From an uncultured virus (IMG/VR IMGVR_UViG_3300038314_001147) (lineage: Duplodnaviria; Heunggongvirae; Uroviricota; Caudoviricetes), in the IMG/VR virus record IMGVR_UViG_3300038314_001147, positions 62,001 through 82,832 of that record: a stretch of 20,832 nucleotides of DNA. One strand, given 5' to 3'. A program made the translations under genes and the position numbers. Under the pieces are notes generated by a model, which did not search any database, was not told the DNA's origin, and saw only the letters and a program-made list of their open reading frames with translations. Of the stretch, positions 8,939-17,715 are shown piece after piece (the first letter of the stretch is position 1; each line of letters begins with the position of its first letter).

Positions 8939-11074
8939 ATGGGAAAAAGAAGATACACCTCAGCACCTAAAATGAAAAGGAAATTCTCTAAAGAAATGGC
9001 GAATACATCCTATCCAGACTCTAGTAAAAAAGCAAAAAACATGATTCGGAGAAAAGGGAGACGACAATACAATAGACAGGATAGACATCTCTATTCTGAT
9101 GAAGGAGGAATGGGATTCCAGCATGAAGATGTTGAAGGTGCTCTAACTACAGAGTTCGATAGACCTGTCACTGATGTTGTCAGAACTAACATGGGTTATG
9201 TTGCTAATGTAGGTGGTAATCTTACAGATGTAACTAAATATGTTAATGAAGACGGAACAGCAAATGCTGAATCTTTTAATATATGGAAACCAGTTGAAGA
9301 AACGGTTGAATCTACCACAGAAGAGGTTGTAGATGATGCTGCAAATGTTGAGGATCAGCCTCAGCAGGATGTTGTAGATGAAACTATTACAGAGGAACCA
9401 ACAGCTGTGAACACTAGTACTGGTACTGCAAAATATAAAGGTCAAGATATTCCCATATATGAAGGATCTTTTAATTCTGCATACAGAGCTGCTAGAAATG
9501 AGGGAGGACCTGGAAGTTTATTTTCTTGGAATGGAAAACCTTATACTGCTACATCTGCTACTGAAAAAGGAGAATGGTGGGATGGAACTCCTATAGTAGA
9601 GGGTTCTGATGGCAGAACTCTATCTCGTGAAGATACACTTGCAAATCAAAAGGAAATTGCTGAGATAACTGGTGGTAAAATTCCTGAAGGGGTTCAAATT
9701 GTTTTAAATGAAGGTGGTGATGGTTATAGTGTAGTTGATTCTAATGGTGTTGATATTACATCAACTGTTAATATGGAACAATTAGATTCTTTATCAACAT
9801 CTGGAACTCCTGTATATCAAATGCAGGGAGATAGTTTAGTTCTACTTAATGATACTACTACTGGAGATCCTAGTACTACAGATGCACTAGGAGAGTTTCC
9901 TGAAGAAAGAGATGCGGGAGGAGGTGGTGAAGAGAATAGAGGACTTGCTAATACAGCTTTAGACAAAGGAAGAGGTGCATTTCTGGCATCTAGTATTCTT
10001 AAAAATAATAAAATTGTAGCTGAGGGAGCTAAAAAATTAACTCCTGCCTTTTATAAGAAATGGCAAGGTAGTGGCAAATGGCTTGTTAGAAAAAGTGCTA
10101 ATCTCCCAAAATCGTTAACTAAAATGACAGCAAAAACTGGCTCTGCATTAGGAGTTGGAGTTGCTGGGCTAGCAGCATATGAAAATATATCTGAAGGTGA
10201 GTATGCTGATGCTGGATTGAATATAGTAGAAGGATATGTTTACTTGAGAGGATCTAAAGTTGCAAATGATCTACAGTCGGTATTTAAGAAATTTATAAAA
10301 AAGGGTCCTAAAGCATTAACTTCTGCTGAACAAAAACTTATTTCAGCATCAAAACCTATGAAACAATTAGGATTACCTAAGAATTGGAATCCTAGGACTA
10401 TGAAACCTTATAGTCCGAAATCTAAGATAGGTAAACAGACTTCAAAGCTATATACAGAATCCGCATTTGATAAAGCAAGCAAAAAAGCTCTAGCTGATGC
10501 TGAGAAGAAATATCTAGAGCGTGGATCAAAAGAAAAAACTGTTCAACAGATAAGAAAAAAAGCTATAGAGAAATCAACTAAACAAGTTACAAAAACTGTT
10601 GCACCGAAAGTAGTTACAGCTGGAGGAAAAATGGCTGCTTTAAAAGCCTGGGCAACAAAGAATCCTAAACAGTTAATAAATAAGATAGGGAAGAAAATGG
10701 GATGGAAATTTGCTGCCAAATTGGGTGCTAAAATAGGAATTGGTACTGGAGTTAATGTTGCTCCTATTGCAGGGCAAGCTGTAAGTGCCGCAATGTTTGC
10801 TTGGACAGCTTATGATATATATAGAATATATGATGCTTTGGCTGATGATCCGGCAATGCTAGAATATATGCAAGAAATGGCGGAGGGAGGAGAAGTAGAA
10901 GGTAATCTTTATGGTAAAATGAATTCTGTAGGAATGAATAATAACAATTATGGCAAAGGACCAAGTGCTACTAATACATCAGGATCTACTGGTTATGCTG
11001 CTGGAGGTAGAATAACAGATGAAGGATCGGGTTATGCTACTGGAGGGAAATCTTTATATAAAATGTTAAAATAA
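8939..11074 (+). CDS. large hypothetical cargo/ejection-like protein
   Basis: 711 aa: basic N-terminus, acidic middle, Lys-rich amphipathic half with hydrophobic Gly/Ala helices, three C-terminal [MY]AxGG motifs. Confidence 0.6.
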   Translation: MGKRRYTSAPKMKRKFSKEMANTSYPDSSKKAKNMIRRKGRRQYNRQDRHLYSDEGGMGFQHEDVEGALTTEFDRPVTDVVRTNMGYVANVGGNLTDVTKYVNEDGTANAESFNIWKPVEETVESTTEEVVDDAANVEDQPQQDVVDETITEEPTAVNTSTGTAKYKGQDIPIYEGSFNSAYRAARNEGGPGSLFSWNGKPYTATSATEKGEWWDGTPIVEGSDGRTLSREDTLANQKEIAEITGGKIPEGVQIVLNEGGDGYSVVDSNGVDITSTVNMEQLDSLSTSGTPVYQMQGDSLVLLNDTTTGDPSTTDALGEFPEERDAGGGGEENRGLANTALDKGRGAFLASSILKNNKIVAEGAKKLTPAFYKKWQGSGKWLVRKSANLPKSLTKMTAKTGSALGVGVAGLAAYENISEGEYADAGLNIVEGYVYLRGSKVANDLQSVFKKFIKKGPKALTSAEQKLISASKPMKQLGLPKNWNPRTMKPYSPKSKIGKQTSKLYTESAFDKASKKALADAEKKYLERGSKEKTVQQIRKKAIEKSTKQVTKTVAPKVVTAGGKMAALKAWATKNPKQLINKIGKKMGWKFAAKLGAKIGIGTGVNVAPIAGQAVSAAMFAWTAYDIYRIYDALADDPAMLEYMQEMAEGGEVEGNLYGKMNSVGMNNNNYGKGPSATNTSGSTGYAAGGRITDEGSGYATGGKSLYKMLK

Positions 11075-11078
11075 TAAA

Positions 11079-12485
11079 ATGGGAAAAGACTGGATACCAA
11101 AAAATTTAAAGAAAGGAAGGTGTACTCCTATGCCTAATCCTGATTGTCCTGTAGGATCTCCTCAGTATAATTTAGGTAAGACATTTAAAAAACATGCAGG
11201 TGAAAAACCGTGGAAAAAAGCTACAGGCGGTCTTATTGGAATGGATGACGGAGGATTAGCAGCTCAAGGAAGAGGTGGAGACACAGAACTTGTACATGTT
11301 AATAAGAAAGAAAAATCATTACTTAACAAAATGGGAGGATCAGGAACTGTTAATCCAATGACTGGATTAAAAGAATATTTTCCACCTGCTCTAATGGCTG
11401 CTTTACCAGCTATAGCAGGAGTGGGAGGAGCTGGAGCAGCGGCAGCGGGAGCTGGAGCAGCTGGAGCAGGAGTTTTAGCAAGCGGTGCAGGTGCAGCAGC
11501 TACAGGAGCAGCAACAACGGGAGTAGCGGCAACGACAGCAGCTACAACAGCTGGAACAGCAGCTACAGGAGCGGCAACTACAGCAGCTCCATTTCTTGGG
11601 GGACCTACAGCGGTAGGATCTACTTCTGGAATTGGATCAATGGGAACAGCAGGAACAGCAGGAACAAGTACAGTAGGATCTACAACGGCAGGAAGTGCTG
11701 CTACAGGTAATGCTCCTGTAAGTATGGAAGGTGGAGCGAATCAAATTATGGGAAGTGAAGGGAATACAGGGGTTAATCAAGTTACAGGTGAAAATGTTAA
11801 TACAGGAACAGGAGATACTTCAGCTGCAGAAAAAAGTACAAATGTGGAAGGAGGGCAAAATAAAGGAGATGTAGCAGAAACTGATGTTAATAAAGAAGGT
11901 AATATATCAAAACAAAAAAATGATACTGAGCAAGCAACAGGAGACAGTATGGATAAAAGTGGTGTTAGTAATGCGATTGCAGGTATAGGTAACGAAATGA
12001 ATGCAATGGTTTCTAGAATGACTAGTGAAGATTCATCATATGTTGATGGTGGCGTTACCAATACTTCTAATATACAATCGTTGATGAGTACTGACTTTAC
12101 TAAAACTCCTTATAATGATTTAAGCTGGTTACAAAAAGCAAATTATGGGTTTAATGAAAGTATGTATAATAGATCTATGAAAGGAGGAACTCCTCCCATA
12201 ATTGGAAGTATAGGAAAGATTGATAAAACTCTAAAAGGGATAAAAGGAATATATAATTATCTTACTAAAGAAGGTGAGACTAGCTCTGATGTTACAGTTC
12301 CTCCTGAATATACTCCACCTGCAACTTTAGAACCTAAAAGTGGTATTGGAGGTGGGCAATATATGATTAACACGGATTTAAAAAGAGGAGGATTAGCCTG
12401 TAAACACGGAGGAGCATGCGGTCACAAAAAGAAATTATCTAAAATGATGTCATATGATGTCTTTGAAAACAATAATTATGAATAA
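11079..12485 (+). CDS. Ala/Gly/Thr-rich hypothetical cargo/pilot-like protein
   Basis: 468 aa; GRGGDTELVHVN...GGSGTVNPMTGLKEYF motif followed by a long uncharged A/G/T tract; several xxGG motifs. Confidence 0.6.
   Translation: MGKDWIPKNLKKGRCTPMPNPDCPVGSPQYNLGKTFKKHAGEKPWKKATGGLIGMDDGGLAAQGRGGDTELVHVNKKEKSLLNKMGGSGTVNPMTGLKEYFPPALMAALPAIAGVGGAGAAAAGAGAAGAGVLASGAGAAATGAATTGVAATTAATTAGTAATGAATTAAPFLGGPTAVGSTSGIGSMGTAGTAGTSTVGSTTAGSAATGNAPVSMEGGANQIMGSEGNTGVNQVTGENVNTGTGDTSAAEKSTNVEGGQNKGDVAETDVNKEGNISKQKNDTEQATGDSMDKSGVSNAIAGIGNEMNAMVSRMTSEDSSYVDGGVTNTSNIQSLMSTDFTKTPYNDLSWLQKANYGFNESMYNRSMKGGTPPIIGSIGKIDKTLKGIKGIYNYLTKEGETSSDVTVPPEYTPPATLEPKSGIGGGQYMINTDLKRGGLACKHGGACGHKKKLSKMMSYDVFENNNYE
11410..11710 (+). 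repeat. low-complexity GCA/GGA/ACA codon tract encoding A/G/T repeats
   Basis: Repeated ggagcagc, gcagctacaggagc and acagcaggaac units; locally GC-richer than the flanks. Confidence 0.75.
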
Positions 12486-12492
12486 AATTTAG

Positions 12493-12500
12493 TATATTTG
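12493..12500 (+). promoter_or_regulatory. candidate Bacteroidota primary-sigma -7 promoter element (TAnnTTTG)
   Basis: TATATTTG in the intergenic gap 21 nt before the ATG at 12522. The nearest upstream TTTG (12462-12465) is 27 nt away, longer than canonical spacing. Confidence 0.45.
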
Positions 12501-12521
12501 TATAACTTAAAATAAAAAACC

Positions 12522-13676
12522 ATGACAGAAGAAAACAAAGAAAAACAAGAAGAGATAGTAGTCGATATAGATATGGACGCTCTATCTGCTCCTGACACAG
12601 GAGAGACTTTTAATGAAGGAGATGTACCTCCTCAAACTAATGATTTATCAAATCCCGAAGAAGATCGAGAATTTATAGAAGAATCAGGTGGGCAACTTCC
12701 AAATTTAGATGAACAAATGGATAAAGAAATGGAATCCGGAGATCAAACTGAATTTGTAGAAGAGCCATCAGATGTGGATTTTATAAAAAAAATTACAGAT
12801 CCTGATAATGAGGCAGTTGATGAAAATTCTCCTTATTATATGGCTCCTTTTGACACTCTAAAAGAGAGATTAGGGGATGATTATGAAATACCAGAAGGTA
12901 TTAGTGAAGAAAATTATTTTGATACGCTTGTAGATCAAGTGTATAAAAATACTAATTTTGATGAATATGTTCATGAAGATGTAAGAGAACTTAATAAGTT
13001 CTTGAAAGAAGGAGGAAAAATGGAAGAATATATGATCAATTATAAAGAAAACTTATTAAACGAGAATCTTCCCCCACGGGATCTCGTAATGAGAAAGCTA
13101 TCTCAGGAATCTCCTGATTGGTCTCAAGCTAAGCTTGACAATATAGCTGATAAAATGGAACGTAGTGGATTACTTGAAATCGAAGCTCAAAGAATTAAGA
13201 ATTCTTTAAGAAGCGATAGAGAGAGTTTGCAAAGTAGATACATAGAAAACCAAAGAGTTCAGAAAGATAAACAAGAAATTGAATTTAAAAAAGAAAGAAA
13301 TAGTCAAATTACTGAAGCGTTAAAAAGTTTTAATAAACTTGATAATGTTTATGGATTACCTGTCAGCAAAGCTGAAAAGCAGGATTTCCTAGAAACATTC
13401 AAGGAATTAGTGACTCCAGACGGAACGGGTGAAGCACCTCTAATGAAAATGTTGCAAAGCAACGACACACTAGCTAAGGTGGCTTATCTTGTCTCAAGAG
13501 GAGACTCTGCAATTAAAACTGCTTTAACTAACGCTAAGGAAAGCACAAAAGACGCATTTTTAGACAAATTAGATTCTAATCCAAGGTTGAGTAAAAAATC
13601 GGGATCTCAACCCCAGGCAAGTGATGTTAATTTAGATGCACTTGTTGCTCCTGAACGTTATAAAATGAAAAATTAA
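12522..13676 (+). CDS. putative capsid scaffolding/assembly protein
   Basis: Very acidic disordered N-terminus and coiled-coil middle. Directly upstream of MCP, the position of the conserved pre-MCP gene of crAss-like phages. Confidence 0.65.
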   Translation: MTEENKEKQEEIVVDIDMDALSAPDTGETFNEGDVPPQTNDLSNPEEDREFIEESGGQLPNLDEQMDKEMESGDQTEFVEEPSDVDFIKKITDPDNEAVDENSPYYMAPFDTLKERLGDDYEIPEGISEENYFDTLVDQVYKNTNFDEYVHEDVRELNKFLKEGGKMEEYMINYKENLLNENLPPRDLVMRKLSQESPDWSQAKLDNIADKMERSGLLEIEAQRIKNSLRSDRESLQSRYIENQRVQKDKQEIEFKKERNSQITEALKSFNKLDNVYGLPVSKAEKQDFLETFKELVTPDGTGEAPLMKMLQSNDTLAKVAYLVSRGDSAIKTALTNAKESTKDAFLDKLDSNPRLSKKSGSQPQASDVNLDALVAPERYKMKN

Positions 13677-13694
13677 TTAAAAAAGTAAAAAGTT

Positions 13695-15113
13695 ATGAGA
13701 ATAATTGGAACAGGTTCCTTCGATGCGAACCGGACTACTATGACGAACTCCCTTGCAGCAGCAATGTTGACAAGACCAGAGATCTCTAACAATGTAGTTA
13801 ATTTATTTGAAAGTCAATTCTCTGCCTTTTCTTCCTTTTTAGCTAGACGTGGATTGACAAAAAAAGGAGCCTATCCTGACATGCAATCACCAGATTTTCG
13901 AGTTGTTGGAAACAGAAAATTTATGTGGGCAGTCAAAGGCTATCCTTTTAGAAAAGGAAAATTTCTCGTTGCTGGTACAGACCTCGGTTCAAATGCTGTC
14001 TTTACTATCACGCTTGATACGAACTACTTTTCTCCTTATGATAACTTAGAGTTAGGAGATCGTAGATCAATTTTACAAGTTATGGATGAATATCCAATTG
14101 AATCAGCTACTGTTGCAGGTGGTTGGGAATACCAAGTAAAAGCTGTTAATAATACAGGTGGAACTACACTTGCTGCATTAATGGCGGTTGGTAAAGAAGT
14201 TGGATTTAGTCATACTGCATTTCCAGAGCTTTCTGAAACTGGTTATGAAAAGAATACTTACCCAGAATGGCATACTAACTATATGACTATTCAGCGTATG
14301 CAATATTCTATTTCAGGATCAGCTCAGAATACTGTTCTTTGGGTAGAACATAATGGTCAAAAATTATGGTTCAGAATCCAAGAAATGGAAATGATGAGAC
14401 GTTGGGCTTATGCTAGAGAAAATCAATTAATCTTTGGTAAAGCTACAATTGATGCTAATGAAAACACCTATGTTCGTGACTTGAAAGGTCGTGAAGTAAT
14501 TCAAGGTGATGGTCTATTGGCTCAAGGTGACGGTTCTTTAAAAGTTCAATATAACAGATTGAGCATTAAAGTATTAGAAAACCTTATGTCTAATATGCAA
14601 TTGCTTTCTAATGGTGATGGCGTTACTGAATTGTTCTTAATGGGTGGTCAAGCTCTTATCTGGGACTTCCAGAGATTGATGAGAGATGTATTCAAATACA
14701 ATCCACAACCAATGTATGTTGGTGGTAAAGGTGGAGGTGGTGTTAAGGTTAACTTTAATTCATATGAAATGGGTGGAGTTAAAATTATTACTGCATGGAA
14801 CAAAGCATTTGATGCAGCTTGGAGACCGTCTGATAAAGATGTTTATGGAACCAACAAAGAGTCTTACAGAGGTATATTCGTATCCCTTGGTAATACTATT
14901 GCTGGAGAGCCAAATGTTGAACTTGTTACCTTAGGTAACGGAGGAAACAAAAGATCTTTCATTAAGAAAACAATTGATGGTATGGCTTCTCCTGGTAAAG
15001 GAGGCAAAGAATTCTCTTCAACTTCAATGGACGGATATCAAGTACAGATTCTTTCGGAAACTGGTATTTGTATGAAAAATCCATTTGGTGTTGCTGAGAT
15101 TTACAAACCTTAA
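13695..15113 (+). CDS. major capsid protein (HK97-fold, crAss-like)
   Basis: 472 aa; T-x-x-N-S-L N-arm, FMWAVKG, FPELSETG, NYMTIQRMQYSISGSA, RENQLIFGK, GDGLLAQ, terminal GICMKNPF. Few rare codons; follows the scaffold-like gene. Confidence 0.88.
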   Translation: MRIIGTGSFDANRTTMTNSLAAAMLTRPEISNNVVNLFESQFSAFSSFLARRGLTKKGAYPDMQSPDFRVVGNRKFMWAVKGYPFRKGKFLVAGTDLGSNAVFTITLDTNYFSPYDNLELGDRRSILQVMDEYPIESATVAGGWEYQVKAVNNTGGTTLAALMAVGKEVGFSHTAFPELSETGYEKNTYPEWHTNYMTIQRMQYSISGSAQNTVLWVEHNGQKLWFRIQEMEMMRRWAYARENQLIFGKATIDANENTYVRDLKGREVIQGDGLLAQGDGSLKVQYNRLSIKVLENLMSNMQLLSNGDGVTELFLMGGQALIWDFQRLMRDVFKYNPQPMYVGGKGGGGVKVNFNSYEMGGVKIITAWNKAFDAAWRPSDKDVYGTNKESYRGIFVSLGNTIAGEPNVELVTLGNGGNKRSFIKKTIDGMASPGKGGKEFSSTSMDGYQVQILSETGICMKNPFGVAEIYKP

Positions 15114-15139
15114 TAGTAATTTAAAAAAAAGAAAAAAAG

Positions 15140-15916
15140 ATGGCAAATAGAATAAGAATAGTGGCTACCAAAGCCGAATACGAAACTGCTCCTTATTATG
15201 TTTCTCCTAAATGGGATTCCGTTGCTAAGGAATTCCTGACAGGTCAGCAACATATGACGGATGTGGAAAAAGAAAGTCTAGTTTTTAAAATTGATGAAGA
15301 TACTTCTATCCCTATTAAACACGGTATGGAATTAAATGGTGATAACCCTACAGATAAAGAAATAATTAAGTTTTTAAAACATGTTGAAATTGTTTCTCAA
15401 ACTAAATCTGAAGTTAATGGTGATTATCATAGATTCTATATTGAAAATAAGGATGATGAAGCAAAAGATTCAATTGGTAAAACCAATTTAAAGCTCGAAT
15501 GTTATGATTATATTAGAACTCTATCTTTAAAAGAGATGGCAGATTTTGCTAGAGTTTTGGGTACTCGTGTTTCAAACATGTCCAAATCTCAAATAGAAGC
15601 TGCTATATACGAAAAGGTAGAAGATGATCCTAAATTCGTTTGTGACTCAATTAAAGATTCTGATCTTAAGATTAAGATCTTTATTGATAAATTGATAGAA
15701 GAGAGTATTGTTGTTTACAAAGCAAGCAAATATTATTATGGCGATGAAATGATTGCTATTAATAAAGATTATCTTGCTGAGTATGTAAAAGACAAAAGCA
15801 ATGCTCCAGTAATAAACCAATGGGCTAAACTGATTGATCCCGATTCATTTAAAAAAGTGAAAAAGGAAAAGAAATCTATTGACATAGTTGATCAAACAAT
15901 TAAACAACAAATCTAG
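15140..15916 (+). CDS. conserved post-MCP hypothetical protein
   Basis: 258 aa, charged; FYIENKDDEAK followed by a helical domain. Occupies the position of the conserved gene after MCP in crAss-like phages. Confidence 0.6.
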   Translation: MANRIRIVATKAEYETAPYYVSPKWDSVAKEFLTGQQHMTDVEKESLVFKIDEDTSIPIKHGMELNGDNPTDKEIIKFLKHVEIVSQTKSEVNGDYHRFYIENKDDEAKDSIGKTNLKLECYDYIRTLSLKEMADFARVLGTRVSNMSKSQIEAAIYEKVEDDPKFVCDSIKDSDLKIKIFIDKLIEESIVVYKASKYYYGDEMIAINKDYLAEYVKDKSNAPVINQWAKLIDPDSFKKVKKEKKSIDIVDQTIKQQI

Positions 15917-16561
15917 ATGACAATTAGCGAAATGTATCAAACTGTTCTTGATCTTCTTAATAAAGAGAAGACAGGAACTGTATATCCCGAAGAGTTTGAG
16001 ATTTTTATAAATCTTTCACAACAGGAATATGTCAAGAACAAGTATACACAAGTTGAGCAGACTGAGAAACGTATTGATGATTTAAGGATGTTAAAAAGTA
16101 TTACTACTGGTATTTTACCCTCCAGTGGCAATACTTTTACCATCCCATCAGATTATATGTTTATGCTGGCTGTAGCATTTAGAATTAAGTATAAGGAGAA
16201 TGATTGTCATGCAGATGGAACTTGGTCAGATTACATGAAAGCTAAACCTATGAGATCTGACAGGAAATATGCAATGATGAATGATCCTTGGTCAAAACCT
16301 ACTGACGATAGATTGTATTATGATGTAGTTGGAAACAAGATTCGAGTAATTACTAATACGCCTTCTGTTGCAAAAAGAGCAAATTTTGAGTATCTTCGTA
16401 CTCCAGTTAAAATGGAAATAGTCAACAATACTGTTGATTGCGAATTATCAAACGAAACACATCAAGAAATTGTAGATATTTGTACTAGAAAAATATTAGA
16501 AATGCAAGAATCAGGTAGATATGCATCATATTTGAATGAAAATAACAATGTAATAACTTAA
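15917..16561 (+). CDS. putative head-tail adaptor / tail ring protein
   Basis: 214 aa; MTISEM...FEIFINLSQ...RIDDLRML...IPSDYMF...YLRTP...CELSNETHQEIVD, the architecture of crAss-like ring and P22 gp4-like proteins. Confidence 0.7.
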   Translation: MTISEMYQTVLDLLNKEKTGTVYPEEFEIFINLSQQEYVKNKYTQVEQTEKRIDDLRMLKSITTGILPSSGNTFTIPSDYMFMLAVAFRIKYKENDCHADGTWSDYMKAKPMRSDRKYAMMNDPWSKPTDDRLYYDVVGNKIRVITNTPSVAKRANFEYLRTPVKMEIVNNTVDCELSNETHQEIVDICTRKILEMQESGRYASYLNENNNVIT

Positions 16562-16574
16562 AAATTTAGAAAAA

Positions 16575-17414
16575 ATGTTAAGAAGACAACCGGAGAAAAT
16601 CCTCTTTACTGGAACTGCGACTGTAGACGATCTGGGAACAGATCTTCAGGTCAATCTTCCTGGGTATGGAAGCTTCCTATGCTCTGAAATGGTGCAATGG
16701 ATAGAAACATGTGCTTCTGATGGTGATCCTGGTGAATGGACTGTTGATTTTTGTCCTCCATCATCGTGTGACTGTCCAGAATGCATGAGCGTTGAGATTG
16801 TAATTGAGCCAAACACTCTTTTATATGACACCGCTAATACGTTCGAAACTCGTAGACTGTATGAATATTGTTCACCTACGGGCTCATCTTTAACGTCATC
16901 TACAGCTGTTCTTACAGCAGCTGTTCAGGCAATTGCCGATATGATTAATGCTGACGAGTACTTTGAAGGAAGCGTAGCTACACCTGCAACAGGTGATGAA
17001 TGTGGCGACTTATCAGCTACTGCATCAAAAATAACAATTACAGGTGCTGCTGGACAAGACTTTTCTGTATATAGTGCTTTTGGTACAGTCGTTAATACTA
17101 CTCCATTTGTAAGAGGAGTATTATCGCAAACTGATGTTAACAGAATTTTCCCACTTAAACCAGGTTCATTTGGAAGTGATCCAGCTGCAGGAGCAACTAC
17201 TTGCTGTGCTGACGGATTCTGTGTATATCATGCTGTACTAAAAAGAACTGATGTTCAGGATATAGATTCCACTAATGTAGAAAACTACCTTTATGATCTC
17301 TATATTTATACTTGTATTGATGAAGATGCTACAGGAAATACTGCATTAATTGATGACTTGAATGACTCGGTGGATGGTGGAGTATGGGAGGTAGGAACTT
17401 GTACACCTGCATAA
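16575..17414 (+). CDS. acidic Cys-rich structural protein (auxiliary capsid or decoration candidate)
   Basis: 279 aa, 13 Cys, rich in T/D/G/A with beta-strand patterns; within the structural operon. Confidence 0.55.
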   Translation: MLRRQPEKILFTGTATVDDLGTDLQVNLPGYGSFLCSEMVQWIETCASDGDPGEWTVDFCPPSSCDCPECMSVEIVIEPNTLLYDTANTFETRRLYEYCSPTGSSLTSSTAVLTAAVQAIADMINADEYFEGSVATPATGDECGDLSATASKITITGAAGQDFSVYSAFGTVVNTTPFVRGVLSQTDVNRIFPLKPGSFGSDPAAGATTCCADGFCVYHAVLKRTDVQDIDSTNVENYLYDLYIYTCIDEDATGNTALIDDLNDSVDGGVWEVGTCTPA

Positions 17415-17417
17415 TAG

Positions 17418-17714
17418 ATGTTAGAAATAGTTATAGTTATCTCAGCTTTTTGTCTGGGATTAAGAAAGATAACCGATACAGAAATGATTGGTTATGTGTT
17501 GAGAGATTTAGCCTTAAATAGGCTTCCAATATTGATAGCTAAACCCTTGATACTTTGCTGTGCTTGCATGGCAAGTATCTGGGGTACTATCATTTACTGG
17601 TCTTTCTACGCTAATAGTATCTGGGAGTGGATTTTTTGCATAATAGCCGCTTCATTTATTAATTCAGTTCTTTGGGATTTAGGTGAATGGATCAAAGGAC
17701 AAGCTTATAAATAG
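17418..17714 (+). CDS. small membrane protein with CxxC (DUF1360-like)
   Basis: About 3 hydrophobic segments; KPLILCCACMASIWG resembles the DUF1360 L..CxxCxSxW signature. Confidence 0.6.
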   Translation: MLEIVIVISAFCLGLRKITDTEMIGYVLRDLALNRLPILIAKPLILCCACMASIWGTIIYWSFYANSIWEWIFCIIAASFINSVLWDLGEWIKGQAYK

Positions 17715-17715
17715 T

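Noticed and set aside
11410..11710. Possible CRISPR array, DGR repeat or collagen-like repeat
   Set aside because: No fixed repeat-spacer periodicity and no strict G-X-Y triplets; simply low-complexity A/G/T coding sequence.
15114..15139. Rho-independent terminator after MCP; tRNA or ncRNA genes
   Set aside because: The gap is a short A-rich leader with no hairpin, and no intergenic space in the window is long enough for an RNA gene.
837..16831. Minus-strand ORFs in the track (837-1061, 896-1114, 1661-2014, 1902-2177, 5353-5562, 9143-9445, 10764-10964, 11777-12061, 15937-16143, 16646-16831)
   Set aside because: All lie antisense to well-supported plus-strand genes, with F/L/S/I-rich shadow composition and no motifs.
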